A program made the translations under genes and the position numbers. Shown here one piece after another: positions 39,951-52,695 of a stretch of DNA of 64,000 bases. How positions within the stretch are numbered: the first letter of the stretch is position 1; each line of letters begins with the position of its first letter. Below the pieces are notes generated by a model. It had not been told where the DNA came from. It saw only the letters and a program-made list of their open reading frames with translations, and ran no database searches. Origin of the DNA: Candidatus Hydrogenedentota bacterium (GTDB lineage: Bacteria; Hydrogenedentota; Hydrogenedentia; Hydrogenedentales; SLHB01). The stretch is from positions 1,344,001 through 1,408,000 of the forward strand of contig CAXXTH010000010.1 of NCBI GenBank assembly GCA_963668025.2, given 5' to 3'.

Positions 39951-42473
39951 TTATTCCTCTTCGGAGGAATCGGATTCATCGCTATCTTCGGAGGAATCAT
40001 CCCCTTGCGCGGACGCGCTTTGTTCAATGGCGCGTTCTTCTTTTTCTTCCGCCACGGCGCGGGCTACGGCGCTCACTTTCGCCCCTTCACTCGGCAGCAT
40101 AATCTTCACGCCTTGCGTGTTGCGGCCTATCGCACGCAGATCGCGCACGGACATGCGAATGACAATGCCGTCCGTGCTGACCACCACGATCTCGTCTTCA
40201 TCATCCACTGTAAGCATGCCGACTACTTCACCGTTGCGGTCGGAAGTCTTGATATTGATGATCCCGCTGCCGCCCCGGTGCTGCTGGCGGTATTCGCTGA
40301 CTTTCGTGCGCTTGCCGAATCCGTTTTCGGTGACGCTCAGCACGGTCATGTCTTCACCGGCAATGGAAGTGCCAATCACCACATCATCCTTATCCAGGCG
40401 GACGCCGATCACGCCGCGGGCCGCACGGCCCATGGGACGCACATCCGTCTCGGGGAATCGGATGGCCATGCCTTTGCGGGTGGCGATAAGGATGTTGTCC
40501 TCGCCCGAGGTGATCTGGATGTCGATGAGTTCATCGCCTTTTTCAAGGTCAATGGCGCGGATGCCCGTGGCCCGGGGATTGCTGAATGCGGAAAGCTCCG
40601 TCTTTTTGACGATGCCTTTGGCGGTGACCATGAACACATTTTTACCTGATTCCGCCAGATCGCGCACAGGCAGACAGGCAGTGACTTGCTCGCCGCCCGT
40701 AAGGTCTAGCACATTTATGATGGCTCGTCCGCGTGACGTGCGCGAGCCTTTCGGCAATTCATGCACCTTGCGCCAATATACTTGGCCGCGATTGGTGAAG
40801 AACAGCATATATTGGTGCGCCGAAGCGATGAAGAGGTCTTTGACGAAATCCTCGTCTTTTGTCTCCATGCCCGCAACACCGCGCCCGCCGCGCCGTTGTT
40901 TGCGGTAGGTGGCCACCGGGACGCGCTTGATGTAACCGGCGTTCGACACCGTGACCACCATCTCCTCATCCGCGATGAAGTCTTCGATGGAAAATTCGCT
41001 TGTATGGGAGAGGATCTGCGTGCGCCGCGCGTCGCCGTGCGTTCTCTTGAGTTCGACGATTTCTTTACGCACCTCGAGGATGATGGTGTGGCGGCTTGAT
41101 AAAATCATGCGGAAGCGCTCGATTTGCTGGATGAGGTCGCGATATTCGTTTTCCAGCTCTTCGCGTTCCAGGCCGGTCAGGCGGCGCAGGCGCATGGCCA
41201 GAATGGCGTTCGCCTGCACTTCGGTGAAGCTAAAGCGTTCGATCAAACGGCCGCGGGCTTCATCCGCATCGGCGGACCCGCGTATGATGGCGATAATCTC
41301 ATCAATATGGTCGATAGCGCGTAAAAGGCCTTCGAGGATGTGGGCGCGGGCTTCGGCTTGCGCCAAATCGTATTCCGTGCGCCTGCGCACGATATCGATA
41401 CGGTGCTCGATATAGTAATGGACCAACTCCGCCAGCGCCAGCACGCGTGGGGCATTATTGACGAGCGCCAGCATAAGGATGCCAAACGTATCCTGCATCT
41501 GCGTGTGCTTGTAGAGCGTATTTAGGATGACTTGAGGCTCATCGCCTTTGCGCACTTCGATGACGATGCGCATGCCGTCGCGGTCGGATTCATCCCGCAG
41601 ATCCGTGATGCCCTCAACCACCTTTTGGCGCACCAAGTCGGCGATATTTTCAATGAGTCTCGATTTGTTGACCTGATATGGAATCTCTGAGACGATAATG
41701 CTGTCGCGGCCCGTGCGCTGGTCGTGCTCGATGGAGGCCTTGGCGCGCACTTGAATGCGCCCCCGGCCCGTCAGGTACGCCGAGGCGAGGCCTTCCGTGC
41801 CATAAATGATGCCGCCCGTCGGAAAATCCGGCGCCTTAACGAAATGCATCAGATCTTTTGACGTGGCTTCCGGATTATCAATCATATGGACGATGGCGTC
41901 GCATACTTCGCTGAGATTGTGGGGCGGGCAATTGGTGGCCATGCCCACGGCGATGCCTTGCGAGCCATTTACGAGCAGATTCGGTATGGCTGAGGGTAGA
42001 ACCGTAGGCTCTTGAAGGCGGCTGTCGTAGTTGTCTTGCATGTTGACGGTCTGTTTTTCAATGTCCGCCAACAAAAAAGCCGTAATAGACGCCATCCGGG
42101 CTTCGGTGTATCGCATGGCCGCCGCACTATCGCCATCCACCGAACCGAAGTTGCCCTGGCCGTCCACAAGGGGATACCGCATGCTCCACGGCTGCGCCAT
42201 GCGCACGAGAGCGTCATATATGGCCGAATCGCCGTGTGGGTGGTATTTTCCCATGGTATCGCCCACGACCGCCGCGGACTTGCGGAATCCACGGTTATGG
42301 ACGAGGCCTAATTCGTGCATGGTGAATAAAATGCGCCGATGTACGGGTTTTAGGCCGTCGCGTACGTCTGGCAGGGCGCGGCTGACAATGACGCTCATCG
42401 AATAATCCAGGAAGGATGTCTTCATCTCCTGTTCGATGGCGATGGGTATGACGTGTTCTCGTGGGGTATCCAT
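39951..42473 (-). CDS. gyrA: DNA gyrase subunit A
   Basis: [29 protein letters not shown], GyrA box QRRGGRG and acidic tail. Confidence 0.98.
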   Translation of the reverse strand: MDTPREHVIPIAIEQEMKTSFLDYSMSVIVSRALPDVRDGLKPVHRRILFTMHELGLVHNRGFRKSAAVVGDTMGKYHPHGDSAIYDALVRMAQPWSMRYPLVDGQGNFGSVDGDSAAAMRYTEARMASITAFLLADIEKQTVNMQDNYDSRLQEPTVLPSAIPNLLVNGSQGIAVGMATNCPPHNLSEVCDAIVHMIDNPEATSKDLMHFVKAPDFPTGGIIYGTEGLASAYLTGRGRIQVRAKASIEHDQRTGRDSIIVSEIPYQVNKSRLIENIADLVRQKVVEGITDLRDESDRDGMRIVIEVRKGDEPQVILNTLYKHTQMQDTFGILMLALVNNAPRVLALAELVHYYIEHRIDIVRRRTEYDLAQAEARAHILEGLLRAIDHIDEIIAIIRGSADADEARGRLIERFSFTEVQANAILAMRLRRLTGLEREELENEYRDLIQQIERFRMILSSRHTIILEVRKEIVELKRTHGDARRTQILSHTSEFSIEDFIADEEMVVTVSNAGYIKRVPVATYRKQRRGGRGVAGMETKDEDFVKDLFIASAHQYMLFFTNRGQVYWRKVHELPKGSRTSRGRAIINVLDLTGGEQVTACLPVRDLAESGKNVFMVTAKGIVKKTELSAFSNPRATGIRAIDLEKGDELIDIQITSGEDNILIATRKGMAIRFPETDVRPMGRAARGVIGVRLDKDDVVIGTSIAGEDMTVLSVTENGFGKRTKVSEYRQQHRGGSGIINIKTSDRNGEVVGMLTVDDEDEIVVVSTDGIVIRMSVRDLRAIGRNTQGVKIMLPSEGAKVSAVARAVAEEKEERAIEQSASAQGDDSSEDSDESDSSEEE

Positions 42474-42582
42474 AGTCCTCTATACTCGATTATGCCGCCG
42501 CCGGGCTAGGCGGCGCTTGCAGTGCGCTGGACGCCATGGACTTCATGGGCGTCTCTGGCGCATGTTCTAGTTACAACTTATT

Positions 42583-42620
42583 CATCCAAATTCCGCACAT
42601 CGAGTGCGTGCCGCTCGATA
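42583..42620 (-). repeat. Duplicate of the gyrB 3' end
   Basis: 37/38 nt identical to 42928-42965 ([12 protein letters not shown]), with an in-frame stop at 42578-42580. Confidence 0.92.
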
Positions 42621-42644
42621 TATGCTTGATATACATCACGATAA

Positions 42645-42899
42645 TCAGGCCCCATACTTGTCACCGATGCCCAGCAGCAAACCTTCAACCGAAATGTCTT
42701 CATCCAGTTCATCCCAATGAAGGCCTGTTCCACCACCACTGATGACATAATGCATGCGTGATTCTGGCGAGGCATGGAGCAGGCGCGGGAAATATGCAAG
42801 CGGAATGCCTAACTGTCGTCCATCGGCTAGATCCACCCACATGGTGTTTTCGTCGAAGCGCACATTACTCGCCAGCGCGGCCAAGGCCAAAGTGCCCAT
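42645..42899 (-). CDS. DUF2442-family protein
   Basis: V.LADGR.L.IPLAYFPRL..AS and GLHWDELDEDISVEGLL. Confidence 0.88.
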   Translation of the reverse strand: MGTLALAALASNVRFDENTMWVDLADGRQLGIPLAYFPRLLHASPESRMHYVISGGGTGLHWDELDEDISVEGLLLGIGDKYGA

Positions 42900-42922
42900 T
42901 CCAGTATTTCTTCGTTCGCCTT

Positions 42923-45367
<2,445 letters not shown>

Positions 45368-45664
45368 TTATTTGCTTGCGTGGAAGAACTAGATACTATA
45401 CAAGAGCAAGTATATCAAAACGGGAAGCGCATTACAATCTAAAGACGCAATATTTAGAGTTTTTCTTGTGAAAAGCACACTCATGTTGTGATGTAGGGGG
45501 CTTTTTTGGTGGCCGGAAAAATAATAAGCAGGCATGTTTCTGAAGTAGAAAAATCACAAGCGCGATCGGTAGTAAAAACATCGGCTCGCGGATTTGGGCC
45601 ACGAAAAGCGCATCACAGAGATAGCTAAAAAAGAAGGGAAGAGCTAGTTGAGCCTTGCTTATGC

Positions 45665-46150
45665 TTATGCCGCTGGGGCTTGCTCTGCTGGGGCTTGCTC
45701 TGCTGGGGCTTGCTCAAGTTTCGCTTTTAGCGCGTCGAAGATGGCTACCGCTACCTTATTGTCTTTTGTTTTGCGGTCGTGCCAATTCGGGTAGGTGAGC
45801 AAGGTGACTCCATAGACTTGATTTAATGTTTCAATGGAGACTTTTGAAGTTTCACTCGAAAGCCCTTCCACTTGAATGGTAAGCTGGGTGCGGTGTGGCG
45901 TGAAGATATATAATTCGCGGTATGCGTCTGAGTATGCGACGAACGTTCCGCGTTTATCCCGGGTATAAATATTCAGTTTTTGCTCGCGCAGCACTTCCTT
46001 AACAGCTTGCCAGGTATCTTCGAAAGATGCGCTCACGGTTATGGAATCCGTTATGGCGAAACCGGTAGTGTCCCGCGCGGCGCGAGCGCAACCCACCATC
46101 GCCAGCAACACGGCTAACAAGCACAGTGTAAGACATTTTGTATATTTCAT
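45665..46150 (-). CDS. Lipoprotein of unknown function with EQAPA x3 tail
   Basis: Lipobox MVGC; 15-bp tandem repeat at 45672-45715. Confidence 0.8.
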   Translation of the reverse strand: MKYTKCLTLCLLAVLLAMVGCARAARDTTGFAITDSITVSASFEDTWQAVKEVLREQKLNIYTRDKRGTFVAYSDAYRELYIFTPHRTQLTIQVEGLSSETSKVSIETLNQVYGVTLLTYPNWHDRKTKDNKVAVAIFDALKAKLEQAPAEQAPAEQAPAA

Positions 46151-46293
46151 GATATCTATCCCCGCCTTATTTTCGGCATTCTAGCATATGGTTTTGAACC
46201 AATCAACAATATGAAAATAATTATGAAAATGATTGCTTGGTTTTCATGTCCAAGAACGGCCAAAGCGGTTCATCGGCGTTGTTTGCGTTCTTT

Positions 46294-47421
46294 TCAAGAC
46301 AAGCTCTTATGGAATCGTTTCACGGCATAAGCCAGCGTGAGCACGCCTAACGCTAGCAGCCCCAGCAATTGCGGCCAGAGGATGTCGAATCCCACGCCTT
46401 TGAGGAAAATCCCGCGTACGATGATGAGCATATAGCGCAGTGGGTTGGCATAGGTCATCCATTGCACCACGCGCGGCATGTTCTCGATGGGAAAGATAAA
46501 GCCCGACAGCAGCATCCAAGGCATGAAAAAGAATGTAGTGCTCATCATGGCCTGTTGTTGCGTCGAGCTGATGGTCGAAATGAGGAGTCCAACGCCGCTC
46601 GTGCTGAGCAGAAACAGGGTGACACTCAAAAAGAGCAACGGCAGGCTGCCGCGCATGGGCACGTCAAACCAATACATGCCAGCCACGGTGATGAGAATCA
46701 CATCGAGATAGCCAATCAGTGCGAAGGGGATGGTTTTTCCCAAAATAAATTCAGCGCGGGTGATGGGTGACGCGATGATCTGCTCCATGGTGCCAATCTC
46801 GCGTTCGCGGACAATGGCCATGCTGGTCAGTGTGAGCGATACGAGGGCGACCAGCGCGGCGATAATGCCCGGCACATAGTAATTGCGGCTCTCGAGGTTT
46901 TCGTTGAACCAGGCGCGGGTCTCGAGCATGATAGGCTCCTTGGCGTCGCGCCCGAGCAGGCGCAGGTAAATCTTACTCAGCCGTTCCCGCGTATAGCGCT
47001 GTGCGATGCTTCCGGCGTAATCGGCCACGATGCGCGCCGTATTCGAGTCGGAGCCGTCAAGCAGCATTTGCACCTCGGCGCTTCGCCCCGCCAAAATGTT
47101 CGCTCCAAAATCTGCGTTTAACCGTAGCATCATAACGGCCTGGCTTGTGTCGATCAGGTGCTGGGCACGGATTGGGTCGGTGGTGAATTCAATGATGTCG
47201 AAGTAGCCTGATTGGGGAAACCGGGTAATAAAATCACGGCTTTCGACGCTGTTGTCAAAATCCATCACGACGAGGGCGGCGTGCTTTACATCCGTGGAGA
47301 CGGCGTATCCATACAGCATGAGCTGGATGATGGGCACAAAGAAGATGATTACGCGCATGCGCGGATCGCGCAGTACTTGGATAAACTCTTTGGCCATCAT
47401 GCATCGGATGCGCTCAAACAT
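46294..47421 (-). CDS. ABC-2 transporter permease (YbhR-like)
   Basis: KEFIQVLRD, WFNENL, IVREREIGTMEQ and LSGFIFPIENMP. Confidence 0.92.
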   Translation of the reverse strand: MFERIRCMMAKEFIQVLRDPRMRVIIFFVPIIQLMLYGYAVSTDVKHAALVVMDFDNSVESRDFITRFPQSGYFDIIEFTTDPIRAQHLIDTSQAVMMLRLNADFGANILAGRSAEVQMLLDGSDSNTARIVADYAGSIAQRYTRERLSKIYLRLLGRDAKEPIMLETRAWFNENLESRNYYVPGIIAALVALVSLTLTSMAIVREREIGTMEQIIASPITRAEFILGKTIPFALIGYLDVILITVAGMYWFDVPMRGSLPLLFLSVTLFLLSTSGVGLLISTISSTQQQAMMSTTFFFMPWMLLSGFIFPIENMPRVVQWMTYANPLRYMLIIVRGIFLKGVGFDILWPQLLGLLALGVLTLAYAVKRFHKSLS

Positions 47422-47483
47422 ACGCCGTCTCCTGGCGTGTCCGCGCGCTGGCTGGAATGCTTGCACTAGAATTCCACCATATC

Positions 47484-47752
47484 GTCATTCCCGCGAAAGG
47501 GGATTTCCAAAAAGAGAGCAGGCAAGCCAATGCAAGGAAATATCGGCAAAATACATGAAAGAGAACATGAAAGCGGTAGCAAGCTACCGCACTCCGTATA
47601 CTTCCTAAGTCTTTTCTTGTCAAAGAGTGTGGAGTGCGGCAGCTCGCTGCCGCTTTGAGCGTGCGGATTGCGCTCGAATGTCTTTTCCTGATTTGTGGCG
47701 GTGTAAAATCGAACAGAGAATATTCTTGGATCCCCGCTTTCGCGGAGATGAC
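47484..47752. repeat. Composite REP element, copy B (complete): one inverted REP pair nested in another
   Basis: Outer arms gtcattcccgcgaaaggggatttcca / tggatccccgctttcgcggagatgac; inner arms aaagcggtagcaagctaccgcactcc / ggagtgcggcagctcgctgccgcttt. Confidence 0.88.
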
Positions 47753-47778
47753 GTTGAGAAGAATGCTGTCCAGTTGTT

Positions 47779-48912
47779 TCATACCAGTTTCTTCTTAAAT
47801 TTCCGGATGGCTATGAGCAGCATGAGCGGCGCAAAAACCGCCAAAATGGCTACTTCAGCACCCATGACCTCGAGTCCAACTCCTTTGAGGTAAATACCTT
47901 TGAGCAGCGTCACGAAGTAGCGGGCGGGCACGATGTATGTCACCAGTTGGAGCGCTAACGGCATATTGCTGATGGCGAATGCGAAGCCGGATAATAAAAA
48001 TGCGGGTAAAAACGTGGAAAGCAGCGCGATTTGCCCCGCTAGCAGTTGGTTCTTCGCCACGATGCTGATCGTAAGCCCTTGTGCAAGCGCGCCCAATAAA
48101 AATAAGCCCGCCGTAGCGAACAGCAGCACAAGGCTGCCCCTCAATGGCACGTGAAACAAATATTGGCCCATAACGACAGCGATGATGAGGTCGGCGAATC
48201 CGATGGCGATATACGGCAGCAGTTTGCCCACGACCAATTCCACGGGCCGTACGGGCGTCGAGATAAGCTGCTCCATGGTGCCGCGCTCCCATTCGCGCGC
48301 GATGGTCAGCGCCGTGAGCAACGAGGCAATGACGCTCAAGATCACCGCGATGAGGCCTGGAATAATGAAGTTCTTGGATTCGAGCTCGGGATTAAACCAC
48401 ACACGCGCGCGCACATCGAGCGGAAAGCGTGGGGGGCGGCCTCCCGCGCGCTCGATTCGGTCCACCAAGATGCCGTTGCTGTAGATATTCGTGATGGCCT
48501 GCGCGTATCCCAGTGCGATGGTGGCCGTGTTCGAGTCGCTGCCGTCCACGATGAATTGCACCTTCACTTGCCGCCCTGCATTCAGGTCGTCGGCGAAGGT
48601 GCGTGGGAGTGTCAGCGCCGTCAGCGCTTTGCCAGAATCCAGCATATACGTGAGTTCTTTATAGGAGGATACGGGATCCGTGAGCTGGAAATAGCGCGAG
48701 CCGGAGAACTGGGCGACGAATTGGCGGCTGTCCGCCGTGCCGCTTTGATCCCACACCGCCAGCGGCACCTGATCCACATCCAATGTCAGTGCGTAACCGA
48801 ACAAAACCAGGAGTAACACGGGAATAGCCAGCGCCATGATGAGGCTGCGCGGGTCGCGGTAGACATGCAGGAACTCTTTGCGGGCAATAGCCCATACGCG
48901 CCCGAGTTTCAT
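47779..48912 (-). CDS. ABC-2 transporter permease (YbhS-like)
   Basis: KEFLHVYRDP, WFNPELES and AREWERGTMEQL. Confidence 0.92.
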   Translation of the reverse strand: MKLGRVWAIARKEFLHVYRDPRSLIMALAIPVLLLVLFGYALTLDVDQVPLAVWDQSGTADSRQFVAQFSGSRYFQLTDPVSSYKELTYMLDSGKALTALTLPRTFADDLNAGRQVKVQFIVDGSDSNTATIALGYAQAITNIYSNGILVDRIERAGGRPPRFPLDVRARVWFNPELESKNFIIPGLIAVILSVIASLLTALTIAREWERGTMEQLISTPVRPVELVVGKLLPYIAIGFADLIIAVVMGQYLFHVPLRGSLVLLFATAGLFLLGALAQGLTISIVAKNQLLAGQIALLSTFLPAFLLSGFAFAISNMPLALQLVTYIVPARYFVTLLKGIYLKGVGLEVMGAEVAILAVFAPLMLLIAIRKFKKKLV

Positions 48913-49895
48913 GTCCGCATCTCCCTGGCTGGGCCGGAATCGCGGTCGTGCTCTTCAATGAGCGACACGAATACATCCTCCAGTGAAGGCGGTATGCGCT
49001 CGATATGGACATTCCCATGGCCCGCACTGGCCAGTATGCGCCGGATGGCTTCCGCCGCTTGTTCCCCATCCTCAGCCACCACATGCAAGCCTTTTCCGAA
49101 GAGCGCCGCTTGCCGCACGCCTTGCGCGCCCTCGATTAGTTCCATGGCGTCTTGCGCGCGTTCACAGGATATTTCCAGGACGGTCTCGCGCATGTATTCC
49201 GCCTTCAGCCGGGCAGGCGGGCCGGAGGCGATAATCTCGCCTCTATAGATCAGCACCAACTCATCGCAATATTCCGCTTCATCCATATAGTGGGTCGTGA
49301 CGAACACCGTGACGCCTTCGTCGGCAAGCTCATATATCAGCTCCCAAAACCGCCTTCGGCTGATGGGGTCCACGCCCGATGTCGGCTCATCCAGGAGCAG
49401 GATGGGCGGGCGGTGAATGACGGCGCAGCCCAAGGCAAGGCGCTGCTTCCAGCCGCCCGGCAGCGTGCCCACTTTGGCGTTCTGATGTTCAACGAGTCCC
49501 GCCATATTGAGCACCCATTTCTTGCGTGCTGCTTTTTCGGCAGGGGCCACCCGGTGAATGCCGCTGTAGAAATCAATGTTTTCGTTGACGGTCAATTCTT
49601 CATATAAGGAAAATTTCTGCGTCATATAGCCGATATGGGCTTTGATTCGTTCCGGCTGGGTGCGCACATCGAAGCCCGCCACGGTTCCTTCGCCTCCACT
49701 CGGCTCCAGGATGCCGCACAACATGCGGATGGTCGTCGATTTGCCTGCGCCATTAGGCCCTAGAAAGCCGAAAATGCGCCCGCGCGCGACATCGAAGCTG
49801 ATGCCTTTGACCGCCACGAATGCGCCAAAGCGTTTTTCAAGCCCGCGCACGCTCACGGCCGGGCCATTAGCCGCCATTTGGCTCCGCGTCTCCAT
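48909..49895 (-). CDS. ABC transporter ATP-binding protein
   Basis: GPNGAGKS, LPGGWKQR, LLDEPT and TTH. Confidence 0.93.
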   Translation of the reverse strand: METRSQMAANGPAVSVRGLEKRFGAFVAVKGISFDVARGRIFGFLGPNGAGKSTTIRMLCGILEPSGGEGTVAGFDVRTQPERIKAHIGYMTQKFSLYEELTVNENIDFYSGIHRVAPAEKAARKKWVLNMAGLVEHQNAKVGTLPGGWKQRLALGCAVIHRPPILLLDEPTSGVDPISRRRFWELIYELADEGVTVFVTTHYMDEAEYCDELVLIYRGEIIASGPPARLKAEYMRETVLEISCERAQDAMELIEGAQGVRQAALFGKGLHVVAEDGEQAAEAIRRILASAGHGNVHIERIPPSLEDVFVSLIEEHDRDSGPAREMRT

Positions 49896-50824
49896 CAAGG
49901 CGCTCCCTCCTGATCGGCAAGCATGGACACAAACACGTCCTCGAGGCTCGGTTCAACAGGCCGCACTTGCCCAATATTACCCTCGCCGCAGGAGGCGCAG
50001 ACACGGCGCGCCCGCGCTTCATCCAGGGTGAGCAGGTGGATGCGTTCGCCGAACAGGCCCACCGAATCACCCGGCAGCGCCTTGCGCAAGGCCCGTGCGG
50101 CTTGGCGAGGCTGGGCGCATCGCACTTCAAGCAGCACGCCATGCAGATTCGCCTTCACTTCATCCGGCGTGCCGCACGCCATGAGCTTCCCCTTGTGCAT
50201 CAATCCGATTCGATTGCAGCGCTCGGCTTCGTCCAGGTAAGCCGTAGACACGAAGATCGTCACCTTTTCCCGCAGCAGTCCATAAAGAATGCGCCACAAA
50301 TCCCGGCGCGACACAGGATCGACGCCATTGGTGGGCTCATCGAGAAACAGGACCTTGGGTGTATGGATCAGGGCGCAGGCAAGGGCGAGCTTTTGCTTCA
50401 TGCCGCCGGAAAGGTTTCCCGCAAGCCGTTTCTGGAATGGTTCCAAATTGCTGAATTGGAGCAAGCGCGCGATGCGTTCCGCCCGAAGTTTTCGTGAAAC
50501 GCTATAAATGTCCGCGTAAAAATGGATATTTTCCATCACCGTCAGATCGGGATACAGCGCGAACCGCTGGCTCATGTAGGCGATCTCGTCCTTGAGCGCC
50601 TCGGATTCTTTCACGACATCGCGCCCCGCCACGATAGCTTCGCCGGAGGTGGGGTCCATGACTCCCGCGAGAAGGCGCATTGTGGTGGTTTTTCCCGCAC
50701 CGTCCGGGCCGACAAATCCAAAGAGTTCGCCTTCGGCCACGTCTAGCGAGAGGGCATCCACGGCGGCCACGCCGCCAAAAACTTTCGTAAGCTCACGGGT
50801 GTGGATGGCGCTCATGCCGGTCAC
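49895..50824 (-). CDS. ABC transporter ATP-binding protein
   Basis: GPDGAGKT, LSGGMKQK and FLDEPT; resembles the first NBD of a split YbhF. Confidence 0.93.
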   Translation of the reverse strand: MTGMSAIHTRELTKVFGGVAAVDALSLDVAEGELFGFVGPDGAGKTTTMRLLAGVMDPTSGEAIVAGRDVVKESEALKDEIAYMSQRFALYPDLTVMENIHFYADIYSVSRKLRAERIARLLQFSNLEPFQKRLAGNLSGGMKQKLALACALIHTPKVLFLDEPTNGVDPVSRRDLWRILYGLLREKVTIFVSTAYLDEAERCNRIGLMHKGKLMACGTPDEVKANLHGVLLEVRCAQPRQAARALRKALPGDSVGLFGERIHLLTLDEARARRVCASCGEGNIGQVRPVEPSLEDVFVSMLADQEGAP

Positions 50825-51972
50825 CCCAGCTTGATCCGGGCGTCAGCAGGCATGCCAGGTTTCAGTTCCATTTTGGGATTATCAATGTCAATCTTGACGC
50901 GGTAGACCAGTTTCACGCGTTCTTTTTCGGTCTGGACGCTCTTGGGCGTGAACTCAGCTTCTTGGGAAATGAACGAAATTTTGCCATGATAGATTTTGCC
51001 CGGAAATGTGTCCGTGGAGACATCCACGTCCTGCTCTAACTTTACATGGCCTAGGTCGGTCTCATCCACGTAGGCGCGCAGCCACACCGTTTTCAAATGG
51101 CCCACGGTCACGACCGGCGTGCCGGGTGAAACATATTCGCCTGGCTCGATGTTTTTCGACAGCACCACGCCCGCGATAGGCGACGCCAGGGTGGCGTCCT
51201 CCAATTGCAGCTTGGCCAGTTCGGCGGCGGACCGGGCTTGCTGTACGCGGGCTTTTGCAGCTTCGATAGCTTCCTTGCGCGGCCCTTCCTTCACCAGCGC
51301 CGCTTGCTCCCCGGCTTGCCGCAATGCGGCGCGCGCCTGGGCGATGTCTTCCTGGCGTGGGCCTTCTTTCACTAGTTTGAACTTTTCATTGACCGCCGCC
51401 AAGCGTTCGTTGGCTGCCTTATGCGCCGCCGTGATTGCATCGTACTGTTGCGTGCTGATGACGCCCTGGCCGAAAAGACGCTGATAACGCTCGTAATCCT
51501 TGTCCAGGCGAACTACATCCGCCTGCGCCACTTGCACTTCCGCTTGAGCCGCCGCAATCTCTTGGGGCCGGGAGCCGTGTTCGAGGGCTTGCAGCCGCGC
51601 GCTGGCCTGTTCGACAGCGGCCTCGGCTTGGTGTATTTCCTGTGGCCGCGCACCCGCCTCGAGGTCACGCAAGTTCGCCTCCGCCGCTTGGGCGTCTGCT
51701 TCGCGCGCCGCCAGGCTCTGCTCCAGCTCCCGCGTATCAAGGCGGGCCACCAGTTGCTTCGCCTCCACGGCCTGCCCTTCGTCCACGGGACGTTCGGCCA
51801 CATGGCCGGGAACGCGAAAACTGAGTTCCGTCTGGAGCACTTCGATGTTGCCCGAGACCGTGAGCGCGTCCTTGTTCACCAAGCCTGCGGCGCGCCAGCG
51901 AGGGTAAAAAACAGCCACCACCGCCGCCAGCCCTATAACGGATACGATGAGGATCACCTTGGCTTTGCTCAT
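50821..51972 (-). CDS. HlyD-family periplasmic adaptor (YbhG-like)
   Basis: N-terminal TM, SGNIE, long coiled coil, AEFTPKSVQT and LKPGMPAD. Confidence 0.92.
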   Translation of the reverse strand: MSKAKVILIVSVIGLAAVVAVFYPRWRAAGLVNKDALTVSGNIEVLQTELSFRVPGHVAERPVDEGQAVEAKQLVARLDTRELEQSLAAREADAQAAEANLRDLEAGARPQEIHQAEAAVEQASARLQALEHGSRPQEIAAAQAEVQVAQADVVRLDKDYERYQRLFGQGVISTQQYDAITAAHKAANERLAAVNEKFKLVKEGPRQEDIAQARAALRQAGEQAALVKEGPRKEAIEAAKARVQQARSAAELAKLQLEDATLASPIAGVVLSKNIEPGEYVSPGTPVVTVGHLKTVWLRAYVDETDLGHVKLEQDVDVSTDTFPGKIYHGKISFISQEAEFTPKSVQTEKERVKLVYRVKIDIDNPKMELKPGMPADARIKLG

Positions 51973-51991
51973 GCCACCCGCTCCTTCGTTT

Positions 51992-52007
51992 GTGAATGAC
52001 CAATCAC
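51992..52007. promoter_or_regulatory. Second (imperfect) putative TetR operator
   Basis: gtgaat-gacc-aatcac, one mismatch from gtgaat-N4-attcac. Confidence 0.55.
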
Positions 52008-52628
52008 TTAAATACCGTTTTGTGCACCTGGCTTCGCTGAGACGCCCTCGCGAAACATGCGCCATGCGCGATCCACATGGCGCGCCACATCGAAGCCGCC
52101 GTCACTGGCGAAAAACATCAGGGCCGTCGATTGAAACAGCCCCAAAAACATGACAGCCATGGTCTGCGCATCCATGTCGTTCCGAACGCTTCCCGAGGCC
52201 TGGCCCGCGCGCAGTTCCGATGACACAAAATCGAGGTAATCCGCGAACACGGCATACACCATGGCCTTGCGCGCGGGGCTGCCGATAATCACTTCATCCG
52301 AGAACAACACGCGGGGAATGGCCTGAAATTCGTGGATAAGCTGAAGATGGCGGCGTAGCAATTCTTGAAGCCTATCCAGCGGAAGGGACTCTAGAGCGCC
52401 CACGTCGGCTAGCAAATAGCGGAGCCGGTCGTGTAGCAATTCGATCACGGACTCGAGCACTTGGCCTTTGTTCTTGAAATGCCGGTAGATGGCCGATGGA
52501 ACCAGGCCCACGCGTAATGCGATGCGCTCCATGCTGAGGCCGCGCAGCCCATGGGCGCGAATGACTTCAAGAGCCGCGCTTGCGATCTCGCCGCGCCGCA
52601 CTTCGGTATGGGTCCGCTTGTTGCTCAT
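52008..52628 (-). CDS. TetR/AcrR family regulator
   Basis: HTH SMERIALRVGLVPSAIYRHFKNK. Confidence 0.93.
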   Translation of the reverse strand: MSNKRTHTEVRRGEIASAALEVIRAHGLRGLSMERIALRVGLVPSAIYRHFKNKGQVLESVIELLHDRLRYLLADVGALESLPLDRLQELLRRHLQLIHEFQAIPRVLFSDEVIIGSPARKAMVYAVFADYLDFVSSELRAGQASGSVRNDMDAQTMAVMFLGLFQSTALMFFASDGGFDVARHVDRAWRMFREGVSAKPGAQNGI

Positions 52629-52637
52629 ATCGCCTCG

Positions 52638-52659
52638 AATGTGAATTTATATTCACATT
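52638..52659. promoter_or_regulatory. Putative TetR operator
   Basis: Perfect palindrome aatgtgaat-ttat-attcacatt just upstream of the tetR RBS. Confidence 0.75.
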
Positions 52660-52695
52660 ATGCCCCGAGGTGCGCCTTACTGTCAAGCCCTGCCG

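Noticed and set aside
42200-42250. Quinolone-resistance substitution in GyrA
   Set aside because: [10 protein letters not shown] keeps the Ser83 and Asp87 equivalents.
42578-42799. 73-aa ORF ending like GyrB
   Set aside because: It overlaps DUF2442 out of frame, and the similarity comes only from the 38-bp tail duplicate.
45672-45715. 15-bp tandem repeat as a phase-variation switch
   Set aside because: The unit is in frame and lies in a low-complexity C-terminal tail, so copy changes would not shift the frame.
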